Below, piece after piece: positions 9,901 to 19,600 of a stretch of 64,000 nucleotides of DNA. The translations under genes were made by a program, and so were the position numbers. Origin of the DNA: Klebsiella phage K64-1. Every line of letters begins with the position of its first letter. The first letter of the stretch is position 1. Under the pieces are notes generated by a model, which was given only the letters and a program-made list of their open reading frames with translations, made no database searches and was not told where the DNA came from. The stretch is from the sequence record AB897757.1; one strand, 5' to 3'.

Positions 9901-10200
9901 ATGAATAAAATAAATGTTGCATACCATACTTGGGAAATGCTTTTTGACTTAACTGATGATTTTTATCCAAGTAACTATTCAAATGTTTATTATGAAGTAT
10001 ATAAAAATTATTATTCAGAACTTAATAATTATGTCAAAGGAACTAAAGTTGAACTTATATTATTATATTCAGTGAGTCCTTCAAAACTAGGAACTGTTAA
10101 TTCAATAAATGTGACACCATTTGGATTACACTTTGAAATAGAACTGTGCCATAATTCAGTAATCGTTTTCCGTGAATATTGTGAAATAAAAGAATATTAA
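9901..10200 (+). CDS. hypothetical protein (ATG 9901 preferred over TTG 9898)
   Basis: ORF track 9898..10200. Confidence 0.35.
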   Translation: MNKINVAYHTWEMLFDLTDDFYPSNYSNVYYEVYKNYYSELNNYVKGTKVELILLYSVSPSKLGTVNSINVTPFGLHFEIELCHNSVIVFREYCEIKEY

Positions 10201-10214
10201 TATGTGGGGTTATC

Positions 10215-10475
10215 ATGAATTTAAAAACTGATATAGAATATTTCAATTTACTTATGTCATTAGTAAATGAACAATTGGAGCACATGAATAATACTTATAA
10301 AAACACCAATGTATTAATAGATTCACATAAACAGAATTTATATGATGAAGAGGGAAATATTTTATTATTTGATATTTCGGATAAAGACGCTACATTAATG
10401 ATAAGTGTTCAGTACAGTAACGGTTGGTTTGGTCATTTAAACTCAGAATATCATGATTTTGTGATCAAAAAATAA
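10215..10475 (+). CDS. hypothetical protein
   Basis: ORF track. Confidence 0.35.
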   Translation: MNLKTDIEYFNLLMSLVNEQLEHMNNTYKNTNVLIDSHKQNLYDEEGNILLFDISDKDATLMISVQYSNGWFGHLNSEYHDFVIKK

Positions 10476-10550
10476 CAAAAAATATTGCAATGGCTTCTAT
10501 TGTGTTGTATAGTCTGTGTATCGGTCTCACCGGTGGATGTAAAATAAAAA

Positions 10551-10579
10551 TTGAATATTTTTCGTATCAATGATATAGT
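10551..10579 (+). promoter_or_regulatory. sigma70-like early promoter TTGAAT-17-TATAGT
   Basis: ttgaat 10551-10556, tatagt 10574-10579, RBS aaagagga before ATG 10609. Confidence 0.5.
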
Positions 10580-10608
10580 GTTATAAACATATAAAAGAGG
10601 AAATAAAA

Positions 10609-11280
10609 ATGATCGCTATCTGGTTTATTATGGTTATTCTTGTCGGTGTTTGGGCTAATGCATGGGGTCGTAGTGGTATTTTATTCGGTCTGTTGTCACT
10701 AATTTTATCACCACTGATTGGTGCAATCGTGCTTCTTTGTGCTGGTAAAAAAGTTGTTGCAACACAACCACAAAATATGCAACCAATTCAGAACATCGTA
10801 ATTCATACTAACGGTACTGCTCCACCAGAAGTACAAGTAACAACTGATACTACTGTACTGGAAAAAGAAGACGAATCTGATAAAAAAAAAGATCAAAGTC
10901 TTGAACCCGTAGAAGCAACCGAAGTATCTGAAGTAGTAAATGAGGTTGTTGAATCTTCCCCAAAAGAAGATAATACGAAACCAGTACCAGTTACTAAACA
11001 AAAGAGAGCACAACAAGCGAAAAAAGCACGTACTGTTAAAAAGAAATCAAGTACTGTTGGTGCAACTAAACAAACAAAAACAACTAAAACTGTTGTTGAT
11101 GATTTCAGTAATAAAAATACATCAAACAACAATGATATTATTGATAGTACTTCAATCGTACCTGGTGTGGCCGCCGCTGTTATTACAACCCAAATCCTAA
11201 CGGAGAGTAGTTCAGTGGATAGTATCTCTTCATACGATTCTGGAAGTTGTGACAGTTCTTCAAGTTCTTCATGTGATTAA
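10609..11280 (+). CDS. membrane protein with K/S/T-rich low-complexity tail
   Basis: two N-terminal TM helices; own promoter and terminator (monocistronic). Confidence 0.45.
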   Translation: MIAIWFIMVILVGVWANAWGRSGILFGLLSLILSPLIGAIVLLCAGKKVVATQPQNMQPIQNIVIHTNGTAPPEVQVTTDTTVLEKEDESDKKKDQSLEPVEATEVSEVVNEVVESSPKEDNTKPVPVTKQKRAQQAKKARTVKKKSSTVGATKQTKTTKTVVDDFSNKNTSNNNDIIDSTSIVPGVAAAVITTQILTESSSVDSISSYDSGSCDSSSSSSCD

Positions 11281-11288
11281 TAAACAAA

Positions 11289-11316
11289 AGAAGCCCAAAT
11301 AAGGGCTTCTTTTTAT
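11289..11316 (+). terminator. intrinsic terminator (gaagccc/gggcttc plus T5)
   Basis: 7-bp stem, loop aaataa, T-run. Confidence 0.6.
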
Positions 11317-11342
11317 TTAAGTAAAATATATTAAGGATTAAT

Positions 11343-12089
11343 ATGAGACATTATTTACAAGTAACAGTACCGGATGAAAAGGAATTATATATTGTTGGTG
11401 ATATTCATGGTAATGCAAGACTGTGGGATTTAACTAAAAAAGAATTTGGAATCACTGATAATGATGTAGTATTCAGCCTAGGTGATATTGTGGATCGTGG
11501 TAAAAATAATTCCAAATTACTATTTGAATTTCTTTTTCAAGACAATCGTTATATGATTAACGGTAATCACGAATCCATGCTCGTTGATGGATTGACTAAT
11601 CGTGAATGGTATCATTGTCATATGAGTAATGGTGGAGACAAACTATACGAAGAACTTGGTCATACTGGTGTAGAATTCTTTGCTCAGTACTTAAAAGATT
11701 TACCCATGATCATAGAAATACATTATCGTGGTATGAAAATTGGATTAGTACACGGTTGCTGTCCTTTACGTTATACAGACTGGAACGAATTTTTAACTGA
11801 TAGTTCAACGTTATCTCCAAAAATTGTTGAAGAATGCATTTGGTCCAGAAATGATTTTGACTATGCAAAACAAAACAACACTTATCATTCACCAAGAATT
11901 TCCAATATTGATTATGTCATTTCAGGACATTCCCCTGTATTTGATCCACTAATTTATGGAAACCGATGGTGGATTGATTCACAATTTAGTACTGGAGATT
12001 TGACTGTAGTACAACCAAACAGTGGAAAACTGAGATATTTTAGAAGAGAAAAGGATGCATATTCTTTTGATCGTAAACGTGGTTATTAA
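11343..12089 (+). CDS. Ser/Thr protein phosphatase (calcineurin-like metallophosphoesterase)
   Basis: GDIHG, GDIVDRG, GNHE motifs in canonical order. Confidence 0.7.
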   Translation: MRHYLQVTVPDEKELYIVGDIHGNARLWDLTKKEFGITDNDVVFSLGDIVDRGKNNSKLLFEFLFQDNRYMINGNHESMLVDGLTNREWYHCHMSNGGDKLYEELGHTGVEFFAQYLKDLPMIIEIHYRGMKIGLVHGCCPLRYTDWNEFLTDSSTLSPKIVEECIWSRNDFDYAKQNNTYHSPRISNIDYVISGHSPVFDPLIYGNRWWIDSQFSTGDLTVVQPNSGKLRYFRREKDAYSFDRKRGY

Positions 12090-12101
12090 TAAGGATAAAA
12101 T

Positions 12102-12539
12102 ATGAAACTATATCTATTAGTTAACAGTTATTGTACTGGTAAACAAGCATATATTCAGGCAATGCACGCTGGTTTTGATCTACTCATGAAATACCATGAT
12201 GATTCAACCTATGGTACCAAATGTGTTGATATGATCACCGATTGGTACAATAATCATAAAACAGTAGTAGTACTGAATGCTGGTAATTCAGATATGCTTC
12301 ATTATTATGAGACCATTCTTGACGCACAACAAACAGTTCCATACGATGTTTTCTGTGAACCCGGACTGGATGGTGCCATGACTGCAATTGCAGTACTCGC
12401 CAGTACTGAAATGGTGGAAGATATGAAACACATGCGTGATGGTTTATATGATGATGTTCCTGGATTTTTTGGTGTAAAATATGGTTGTGAATTAGAAGAA
12501 ATCCTAACTGACATGAGTACCATGAGAACTGCGGATTAA
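12102..12539 (+). CDS. hypothetical protein
   Basis: ORF track. Confidence 0.4.
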   Translation: MKLYLLVNSYCTGKQAYIQAMHAGFDLLMKYHDDSTYGTKCVDMITDWYNNHKTVVVLNAGNSDMLHYYETILDAQQTVPYDVFCEPGLDGAMTAIAVLASTEMVEDMKHMRDGLYDDVPGFFGVKYGCELEEILTDMSTMRTAD

Positions 12540-13210
12540 TGAAAATTTATAATAAAGAAACTAAACTTTATAATAATGTTATAAAATTGTATAATTCTGA
12601 AATTAATTACTTAAAAAGCAAAGTTAAGAAACTCAAAAACAATCCAGTACTTAGAAATGAAATAAAACGAACCAACGAATTATACATCAAAAAGGCAAAA
12701 ACTGAATTATCAAAAGAACATTACACCGCTTACAGTAACTGGATGGAAGCATCCTTAAATGTAAACAAAATAAAGCACAATTTGGGAATAAAAAGTTATT
12801 TACAACTAATAACCGATTTAGAAACACAAAAGGAATTTGTATTAAAAGAAATAGAAAACCAGTTAGGTTCAGTTTTATTTCATTTGTGTGAATTAGATGG
12901 TAATTCCTCAACGCATTATTCTTTCTTTAGTATGAATGGTGTATACATTTGGATTACCAACATCGCAACATCATATATTTTATATGATAATTTTGATTAT
13001 TACAGTACTGAATTATTTGAGGAACTTATAAAGTACCTTCCCAAGAAAAATTCTGAACTGAAATTCATTTTGCATGGTAAAAATAAGCATATAATTGTAA
13101 AAGATGATATTTTTATTCTTTTTGATGAAGTAAATTTTAACCATTTTAGTACAGGATCACTACAGGAACTATTTGAAGAAATTATAAGGATTAATAATGA
13201 GTATACCTAG
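12539..13210 (+). CDS. hypothetical protein
   Basis: ORF track; TAATG coupling. Confidence 0.4.
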   Translation: MKIYNKETKLYNNVIKLYNSEINYLKSKVKKLKNNPVLRNEIKRTNELYIKKAKTELSKEHYTAYSNWMEASLNVNKIKHNLGIKSYLQLITDLETQKEFVLKEIENQLGSVLFHLCELDGNSSTHYSFFSMNGVYIWITNIATSYILYDNFDYYSTELFEELIKYLPKKNSELKFILHGKNKHIIVKDDIFILFDEVNFNHFSTGSLQELFEEIIRINNEYT

Positions 13211-14411
13211 TAAATTATACGTAGCACGTTCATATGCTGGAACAGATAAAATAAATGGAAGTATAATCGATGCAACAAAAGATCATACTAAAGCATATCA
13301 GGATAAAAAATCCAGAGTAGATCAACGCCACCGACATAATACACTGGCTTCACTTGAACTGGATAATGTCCCAACAAAGGGGTTCAGCGTAGTCAAACAA
13401 TATAGTTATGTCAGCCGTGAATGTTTTTTTTCTATTCATCACCCAAGAGGTTTTGAATTTAATATTTCAGTACAAAATATGATCGATTTGATTGCTAATA
13501 ATAATATAATCAATGGTTCATTTGTTGATGAAATGTACTTCGATGATAAATTACAGCTAATCAACAGTAATACTGAAGCGTTTGAAAAAATGAAAAAACG
13601 CGAAGAAATCAAAGAAAAGAACAAAAATACAAAAGAAAATCTTAAATGTGGTAGTGGTTTTGTTTATCTGAAAAATGAATTCTATTACTGCGGTAAAGTT
13701 CATGCAATTAGTGTTCATGCAAACAAAGATTATGCATTAACTGATAAAAGTCGTTCATATGATTTAGTATATGATATTGGCAAGAAACTCTATTCTTTGT
13801 GTAATGATTTGAGTAAGTACCAAATTGAACAAAGAGCACTTCTTAATACAAAAACTGATTTAGAAACAGAAGTACAGAAAGCAAATACATATTTTCAAAG
13901 TACAGTCAAAAAAGAATATGCACCTCTTTCCGACCAAAGAGAACCAGTACTAATTCATACCAAATCATTCAAGAAATCCGACTTACGTATTCAGTACAAT
14001 GATATTTCTTATTCAGAAATGTCAAACGGTGTAAATTATTTTTGTTCTAATTTATTATACTTAGCAGAATATAATAATAACACATATAGAGTGTTCTTTG
14101 GTCTTAATAAAAACTATAAGCCAGGTGTATACCGACATTATAGTAATGATTATGATATAATCAATTCTGGTAATTTTGAGATTTACTGTGCATACCCATG
14201 TACTGTGTCAGAAAATACATTAGAAATGGATGTTGACATTAATAGTCATTATTCTTTTGCTATGTGGGGTGCATATAAATCACCATTCTATCCACCATCC
14301 AAGCGTTATGACGCATATAGTACCAGTTATAAAAACAAAAAGGAACTAATTCATCTTGATCCATCTAATACAGTACTAAAAGTTGGTCGTTATTATCTAC
14401 AAGGAAAGTAA
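13197..14411 (+). CDS. hypothetical protein (404 aa)
   Basis: ORF track. Confidence 0.45.
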   Translation: MSIPSKLYVARSYAGTDKINGSIIDATKDHTKAYQDKKSRVDQRHRHNTLASLELDNVPTKGFSVVKQYSYVSRECFFSIHHPRGFEFNISVQNMIDLIANNNIINGSFVDEMYFDDKLQLINSNTEAFEKMKKREEIKEKNKNTKENLKCGSGFVYLKNEFYYCGKVHAISVHANKDYALTDKSRSYDLVYDIGKKLYSLCNDLSKYQIEQRALLNTKTDLETEVQKANTYFQSTVKKEYAPLSDQREPVLIHTKSFKKSDLRIQYNDISYSEMSNGVNYFCSNLLYLAEYNNNTYRVFFGLNKNYKPGVYRHYSNDYDIINSGNFEIYCAYPCTVSENTLEMDVDINSHYSFAMWGAYKSPFYPPSKRYDAYSTSYKNKKELIHLDPSNTVLKVGRYYLQGK

Positions 14412-14413
14412 AA

Positions 14414-15817
14414 ATGAGCATTCTGTCCATTCTAAATGAAATTAAAAATACCAGCAGTACTAATGCAAAAAAAGATATCCTAAGAGAAAATAAAAATAAT
14501 ATTTTACTACAAAAGGTAATCAAATACGCATTGGATCCTCTTAAAGTTTATGGATATAAAAAGCTTCCAGAACCAGTCTCAGACGGTTTCAAAATGAGCC
14601 TTAATGATGCACTGGACGCACTTGACCGTATTGCTAGTCGTGAATTTACTGGTCATACTGGCCGTGATTTTATTGCATCAGTCCTTGGTTCAGTTAATGA
14701 AGATGATGCTGAAGTACTACGTAAAGTATTGGTTAAAAATCTAGATAATGGTATTCAAGCAAAAATGGCAAATGCTGTTTTTGGTAATATCGTTCTCGAT
14801 GAAAGTTATATGCGTTGTGATCTACTTACTGCAAAAACGGCAAAAAAAATTAATTTTAAAAAGTTTGGTTATGCAGTTAGTGAATTAAAACATGATGGTC
14901 AATATCTTTCGCATATTATCAAAGATGGAAAAGTCACGAGTACCAGTCGCAACTCCAAAATATATGACTTTTATGGAACTAAAGATGATGATATGCTAAA
15001 ACTTGCTGAACTTATTCAAAGTTCCGACTCTCGTTTTAGTTCCGGTGTTGTTGTGATGGGTGAAGCATTAGTATACAGTACTGACATGATTAACCCAGAA
15101 CCACGAACTACTGGTAATGGTATTATTCAGAAATTTGGTAAAAATGGTGGTACTATTGACGAAGCCCACAGGGTATTCTTTAAACTATGGGATGTTGTTC
15201 CATATGATGCGTTCATTGAAGGTGAGTGGGATGTTATTAGAAAGGAACGCCGAGAACTATTAGAAAATACATTAAATGAATTAAATTCTAACTTTGTTAA
15301 AATGACTGAGTACAGAATCGTTCATTCATTTAAAGAAGCATTTGATTATAATACAGAAGTGATGACACAAGGTTCCGAAGGTACTATCATCAAGTCTGAA
15401 GACAATATTTTCAAATCACATACATCACCAACACAACTTAAAGTCAAACTCAAGATGGAAGTTGATTTGAAAATTGTTGGATTTGAAAAAGGTGTAGGAA
15501 AACGTAAAGGAACACTTGGTTCTATTATTCTACAAAGTGATGATGGTCAATTAGTGACCAACTGTGGGACTGGTTTCACTGATAAAATGCTTGACGAAAT
15601 CTGGAAAAACAGAGATAATCTTCTTTACAAAATCGTAGCAGTTGAAGCAAATGATATAGTACTTGATAAGCGTACAAAAGTTCCAAGTTTATTCTTACCA
15701 GTATTTGTGGAAATTCGTGAAGATAAGGATACTGCTGATACTTATAGTAGAATTCAAGAAATCAAAGAAAGTAGTATTGAAGTATTCAGTACTAAACTAT
15801 TAGAATCAATCAAATAA
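14414..15817 (+). CDS. ATP-dependent DNA ligase (T4 gp30 family)
   Basis: N-terminus ILNEIKNTSSTNAKKDILREN collinear with T4 ligase; adenylation motif KHDG; 467 aa. Confidence 0.85.
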   Translation: MSILSILNEIKNTSSTNAKKDILRENKNNILLQKVIKYALDPLKVYGYKKLPEPVSDGFKMSLNDALDALDRIASREFTGHTGRDFIASVLGSVNEDDAEVLRKVLVKNLDNGIQAKMANAVFGNIVLDESYMRCDLLTAKTAKKINFKKFGYAVSELKHDGQYLSHIIKDGKVTSTSRNSKIYDFYGTKDDDMLKLAELIQSSDSRFSSGVVVMGEALVYSTDMINPEPRTTGNGIIQKFGKNGGTIDEAHRVFFKLWDVVPYDAFIEGEWDVIRKERRELLENTLNELNSNFVKMTEYRIVHSFKEAFDYNTEVMTQGSEGTIIKSEDNIFKSHTSPTQLKVKLKMEVDLKIVGFEKGVGKRKGTLGSIILQSDDGQLVTNCGTGFTDKMLDEIWKNRDNLLYKIVAVEANDIVLDKRTKVPSLFLPVFVEIREDKDTADTYSRIQEIKESSIEVFSTKLLESIK

Positions 15818-15825
15818 GGTATATT

Positions 15826-16119
15826 ATGAAAATTAAATCACTAATTGCAGGTTTTTCATTGGCATCTATTATTTTCATTACTGGTTGTACTGACGCAACT
15901 CAATCACAAATCATGTCACTTGGTAATATTCATCAAGTTAAATGTTATAGTGGTGGAGTAGAAATCTTTAATGATTACAGTACTGGTAAAGTGAATGATG
16001 AAAGTGGTAATGGTATTGGATATGAATCTTACTATACTAAACAATATGTAAACACATATGCAGATTGTATTGTACATACTATGCCAAATAATTTTGTGCC
16101 TCCTTCTAAATCAGAATAA
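15826..16119 (+). CDS. putative lipoprotein
   Basis: signal peptide plus lipobox ITGC. Confidence 0.5.
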   Translation: MKIKSLIAGFSLASIIFITGCTDATQSQIMSLGNIHQVKCYSGGVEIFNDYSTGKVNDESGNGIGYESYYTKQYVNTYADCIVHTMPNNFVPPSKSE

Positions 16120-16132
16120 GGAATATTAAAAT

Positions 16133-16158
16133 AGAGCACTTTGTGCTCTCTAATTTTT
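16133..16158 (+). terminator. intrinsic terminator (agagcac/gtgctct plus T5)
   Basis: 7-bp stem, ttt loop, T-run 16154-16158. Confidence 0.5.
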
Positions 16159-16170
16159 ATGTACATAAAA

Positions 16171-16554
16171 ATGCTAAATTTTAGGAATAATGATTTTATA
16201 TTTACATCAACTGCATCACCACAGTCGTATTTGAATATGAATAATCTACCTTATGGTATTATGTACCATTGTGATGTATCTACAATTTTTGATTCCAATA
16301 ATCCTGAATTTCATTTCGTTGAAAAATCAAGATATAATAACAATGTTGGTATTATCAATGGTGGATTATATGAGTATGCATTTGATTACGATAAAAATTA
16401 TTATGTAGCAATACCAAATAGTAGTTTAGTGTATTCATATATGCTGACTGATATAATTGGATTACCATTCAGTACTAAATTATTGAAATTTGATTTGAGG
16501 GTGATTGAACCAGTACTATTATGGGATTTTATTTTTGCAATGAAATCGCTTTAA
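16171..16554 (+). CDS. hypothetical protein (start uncertain: 16171 or 16237)
   Basis: ORF 16141..16554, but the first codons overlap the terminator hairpin. Confidence 0.3.
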   Translation: MLNFRNNDFIFTSTASPQSYLNMNNLPYGIMYHCDVSTIFDSNNPEFHFVEKSRYNNNVGIINGGLYEYAFDYDKNYYVAIPNSSLVYSYMLTDIIGLPFSTKLLKFDLRVIEPVLLWDFIFAMKSL

Positions 16555-16557
16555 TTC

Positions 16558-16586
16558 TTGACAAATGTAAAAATTTGTGATATAGT
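16558..16586 (+). promoter_or_regulatory. sigma70-like promoter TTGACA-17-TATAGT
   Basis: ttgaca 16558-16563, tatagt 16581-16586; a second TTGACA-17-TATTAT lies at about 16653-16681. Confidence 0.5.
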
Positions 16587-16694
16587 GATTGTAATGATTG
16601 CAGTATTAAAATACGTATATGTAAAATGGAGAATATACTATGATTAATTTGACATAAGAAGAAACTGCTGTTATTATAAAAAAAATAATCAATA

Positions 16695-16718
16695 AGCTCA
16701 CCATAAGGTGAGCATTTT
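16695..16718 (+). terminator. terminator or attenuator hairpin (gctcacc/ggtgagc plus T5) between promoter and next gene
   Basis: 7-bp stem, loop ataa, T-run; sits about 110 nt downstream of the 16558 promoter and 50 nt upstream of ATG 16769. Confidence 0.5.
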
Positions 16719-16768
16719 TGTCTCAAAATACTTACAATTTAATAGATTAAAATATACAAAGGATTTGT

Positions 16769-17593
16769 ATGAAAGTAACAGGAAAGGGAAATCAGAAGGA
16801 TGACCTATTTCATATAGATAAGTTTTTAAATACTGGTAAATTTTTACCAGGAACAATATTTTCTCGTTCAACTACTAGACAAAAGAACAATAAAGGTGTA
16901 ATATCATATCCATATTGGAATTATAAATGCCCCAAATGTTCACATGATGAATTCGTTGAACATGGTTTATGTTCTGGTGTATTCGAAGGTGAATGTCAAA
17001 AACTAAAATTAGGAAAACGTAATTGTAGATGTGCTCCGACATATAGGTGGACACAAGAACAACGAGAATATCAAATACAAAAAGAAATCGATGAACGTGG
17101 TCTAGAAAATTATTTTATTGGATGGGTTGATCCTGAAGGATATAAAAATAATGGAAGTAAAATTATAATTGGATGTATAAATTCAGATGATGATGGTACC
17201 CAACATAAAAGTTATACTATAGCAATAAATGATTTTCTCCATGGACATAAAGGTTGTGCTAAATGTGCCGGTCAAACACAAAAACATGCATATATAAATG
17301 TTGTATATAATGAAAATAAACCAGTAGCTATAAAATTTGGAATTGCAAATGCACCACACATAAGGATTGAATTTCAAAATAGTAAAAATTTATATAAGAT
17401 GGTTCAAACGCACATTTACAAATTTTTCAGTACTGAACAATGTAAAGATGCTGAACGATATTGTAAATCAATTTATAAAAATGTTTTAACAAAAGAACAA
17501 CTATTTGATGGTTATACTGAAACCACACTATTGGAAAATATAGAAAATATTATTCAAATCTATGAAAAATATGGTGGAATCAGAACAAAATAA
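16769..17593 (+). CDS. Cys-rich hypothetical protein (CPKCSHDE, CRCAP, GCAKCAG)
   Basis: 274-aa ORF, several CxxC-like pairs; function unknown. Confidence 0.45.
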   Translation: MKVTGKGNQKDDLFHIDKFLNTGKFLPGTIFSRSTTRQKNNKGVISYPYWNYKCPKCSHDEFVEHGLCSGVFEGECQKLKLGKRNCRCAPTYRWTQEQREYQIQKEIDERGLENYFIGWVDPEGYKNNGSKIIIGCINSDDDGTQHKSYTIAINDFLHGHKGCAKCAGQTQKHAYINVVYNENKPVAIKFGIANAPHIRIEFQNSKNLYKMVQTHIYKFFSTEQCKDAERYCKSIYKNVLTKEQLFDGYTETTLLENIENIIQIYEKYGGIRTK

Positions 17594-17596
17594 TGA

Positions 17597-17624
17597 TTGA
17601 CATTTTATTTGTTTATGTTACAAT
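17597..17624 (+). promoter_or_regulatory. sigma70-like promoter TTGACA-16-TACAAT
   Basis: ttgaca 17597-17602, tacaat 17619-17624; RBS gagga before ATG 17663. Confidence 0.45.
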
Positions 17625-17662
17625 GTCTCTATAAATTGATTAATAAACACGAGGAAATACAA

Positions 17663-18364
17663 ATGCTAGATCAATTCACATTCGGTGGTTACTCATCCGG
17701 TACACAAATTACTAACTACAGTGTTCCAATTGTGGTAGAAAAAGAAAATGGGCAAGAGCGTTCTTATGACTTGTCTTCTCGTATGATGAAAGAACGTATT
17801 ATTTTCATCGATTCTGATTTCAATCCACAAATGGCACACATTCTAAAAATGCAACTACTTTGGCTTGACTCACAGGATGATGCACCAATTGTATTGTATG
17901 TATCATCACCTGGTGGTTCTGTTCATGATGGTCTAGGTATTGCTGACGTTGCGAAATACTGTCGCTCTCCAATTCGTACTATTGTAATGGGATACGCCGC
18001 CAGTATGGGTGCGTTTACACAAAGTACAGTAGGTACTCCAGGTCATCGTTTTGCTGGTGAATCTGCTATGATTATGTGTCACCAAGTATCTTCAGGCACT
18101 AAAGGTCTAATTACTGATCAGAAGATTGCTCTAAAGCATACTGAACGCCTTAATGAACTACTGATGAAACGCATTGCTGAAAGTGTTGGTGTTTCATATG
18201 AACAACTACTTGAAGATGCTGACCGTGACTTGTGGCTAAATGCTGAAGAGTCACTAAATTATGGTACTAAAGGTTTCATTGATGGTATTATTCTTAGTGC
18301 TAAAAATGAAAAAGGTGAATTCCTAGTTCGTCGTCGCGGTGGCGTAGAAGAGTGGGTCAAATAA
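17663..18364 (+). CDS. ClpP-family serine protease
   Basis: SSPGGSV and GYAASMGA motifs, catalytic His region MIMCHQ; start moved from 17597 to 17663 (promoter lies inside the longer ORF). Confidence 0.7.
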   Translation: MLDQFTFGGYSSGTQITNYSVPIVVEKENGQERSYDLSSRMMKERIIFIDSDFNPQMAHILKMQLLWLDSQDDAPIVLYVSSPGGSVHDGLGIADVAKYCRSPIRTIVMGYAASMGAFTQSTVGTPGHRFAGESAMIMCHQVSSGTKGLITDQKIALKHTERLNELLMKRIAESVGVSYEQLLEDADRDLWLNAEESLNYGTKGFIDGIILSAKNEKGEFLVRRRGGVEEWVK

Positions 18365-18385
18365 TTTAGTACTGAATAATTAAAA

Positions 18386-18407
18386 CCCTCCAATTGGAGG
18401 GTATTTT
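18386..18407 (+). terminator. intrinsic terminator (ccctcc/ggaggg plus T-run)
   Basis: 6-bp GC stem, loop aatt, tatttt. Confidence 0.55.
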
Positions 18408-18421
18408 GTATAGAGAGTAAT

Positions 18422-18703
18422 ATGAAACAATTAATTCGAAACAATACAAATGAAGAATCCGAAATTCTAGATGATACTGAATTTCTCAGTACTGCATTAG
18501 AACAGATCAGTACTACTGCATTAAATCTCAAAGAAGTTGATGCAACTGATAAATTGCTTGATGGTTTTTCAGATATTCTTGAACTTCTTAGTGAAGTACT
18601 TCTTAAAAATAATATCAATCCAAAAAATGCTTTTATTCATGCAGAAAATCTACGTCAAGAAAAGGGGACTTTTCATGACAAGAAAGCAATTAATAAAGAC
18701 TAA
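18422..18703 (+). CDS. hypothetical acidic protein
   Basis: ORF track. Confidence 0.35.
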   Translation: MKQLIRNNTNEESEILDDTEFLSTALEQISTTALNLKEVDATDKLLDGFSDILELLSEVLLKNNINPKNAFIHAENLRQEKGTFHDKKAINKD

Positions 18704-18726
18704 CATCAATTAAAAGGAATTAGAAT

Positions 18727-19191
18727 ATGTCACAACAAGAACAATATGAACTAGGTAAAGTATCTTTCAACAACGGTATTGTATATACTCAGGAAGAACT
18801 TAAACAATGTAATCCACTATTTCGTACTGGATATAAGGCTGCACAACAAGCAGCGATGCTACGAAATAACAACATTTTCCCCACTGTACTCTTCGATGTT
18901 CCAAAACGTCCAGAAATTTTCAAACCAACATGGGTTGATATCATGAGTGCAATGAAACGCCCACGATACCATCGCTTACATAGTAATGAAGGCCGTTGGT
19001 TGATGTTTGGTATTGCTAAGCATATTGAAACACGTACAAGTGAAATCAAGCGTTATAAAGACGTGCTCACTATGGTGGATGAAGCATTTGACTATGTTCT
19101 CCAATATGGTTATGATGAAGGTGTATTAACGGCACAGGATTGTGAGCAATATAATTACACACCAAAGCCAGTAATTGCAAATAAAGAATAA
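18727..19191 (+). CDS. hypothetical protein
   Basis: ORF track; RBS aaggaattagaatATG. Confidence 0.4.
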   Translation: MSQQEQYELGKVSFNNGIVYTQEELKQCNPLFRTGYKAAQQAAMLRNNNIFPTVLFDVPKRPEIFKPTWVDIMSAMKRPRYHRLHSNEGRWLMFGIAKHIETRTSEIKRYKDVLTMVDEAFDYVLQYGYDEGVLTAQDCEQYNYTPKPVIANKE

Positions 19192-19240
19192 AATAGATCC
19201 AGTACTACACTCTATGTGGTATTTTTGAGGTAATTGTAAT

Positions 19241-19600
19241 ATGCGTAAAATTATTTGTGTTGATATGGATTATTCCGCTGACCCTCTGTGGTTAGGAATT
19301 GAAGATGTAGATGAACCAGAAAGTATTTCATTCATCAATGAATGTTTGACTGATTACGAGGATGTTTTGAGTAATGAAGTACTACACAGTTTAACTCTAT
19401 TCCAATCCACATGGGAAAGTTTTCACAGTTCAAAATACAAATCTGTATTTTCTGCATATTCTTTTCCTGGATCATTCAGTACCAAAGAATACCTGAGTAC
19501 TTTAGCTTTTTTGTGTGCTTCACAAATTAAAAAAGAACACCCAGAATGGCGTGTATTTTATACCTCAATGTATGATTATGAAAGGACTGAATTAAAATGA
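19241..19600 (+). CDS. hypothetical protein
   Basis: ORF track. Confidence 0.4.
   Translation: MRKIICVDMDYSADPLWLGIEDVDEPESISFINECLTDYEDVLSNEVLHSLTLFQSTWESFHSSKYKSVFSAYSFPGSFSTKEYLSTLAFLCASQIKKEHPEWRVFYTSMYDYERTELK

Noticed and set aside
10940-11200. ORF 10940..11200 inside the membrane-protein gene
   Set aside because: Alternative frame of the K/Q-rich low-complexity region of 10609..11280. No start signals.
17597-17662. Longer ClpP ORF starting at 17597
   Set aside because: The extra 22 codons encode a hydrophobic stretch that coincides with a TTGACA-16-TACAAT promoter. ATG 17663 has a good RBS and matches ClpP N-termini better.
2906-19049. Minus-strand ORFs in the early block (2906..3121, 3128..3358, 4639..4836, 4820..5050, 10708..11016, 10893..11132, 12305..12523, 18259..18618, 18789..19049 and others)
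   Set aside because: They are antisense to well-supported plus-strand genes (RnlA, phosphatase, ClpP and others) and have no independent signals. AT-rich DNA generates such frames by chance.
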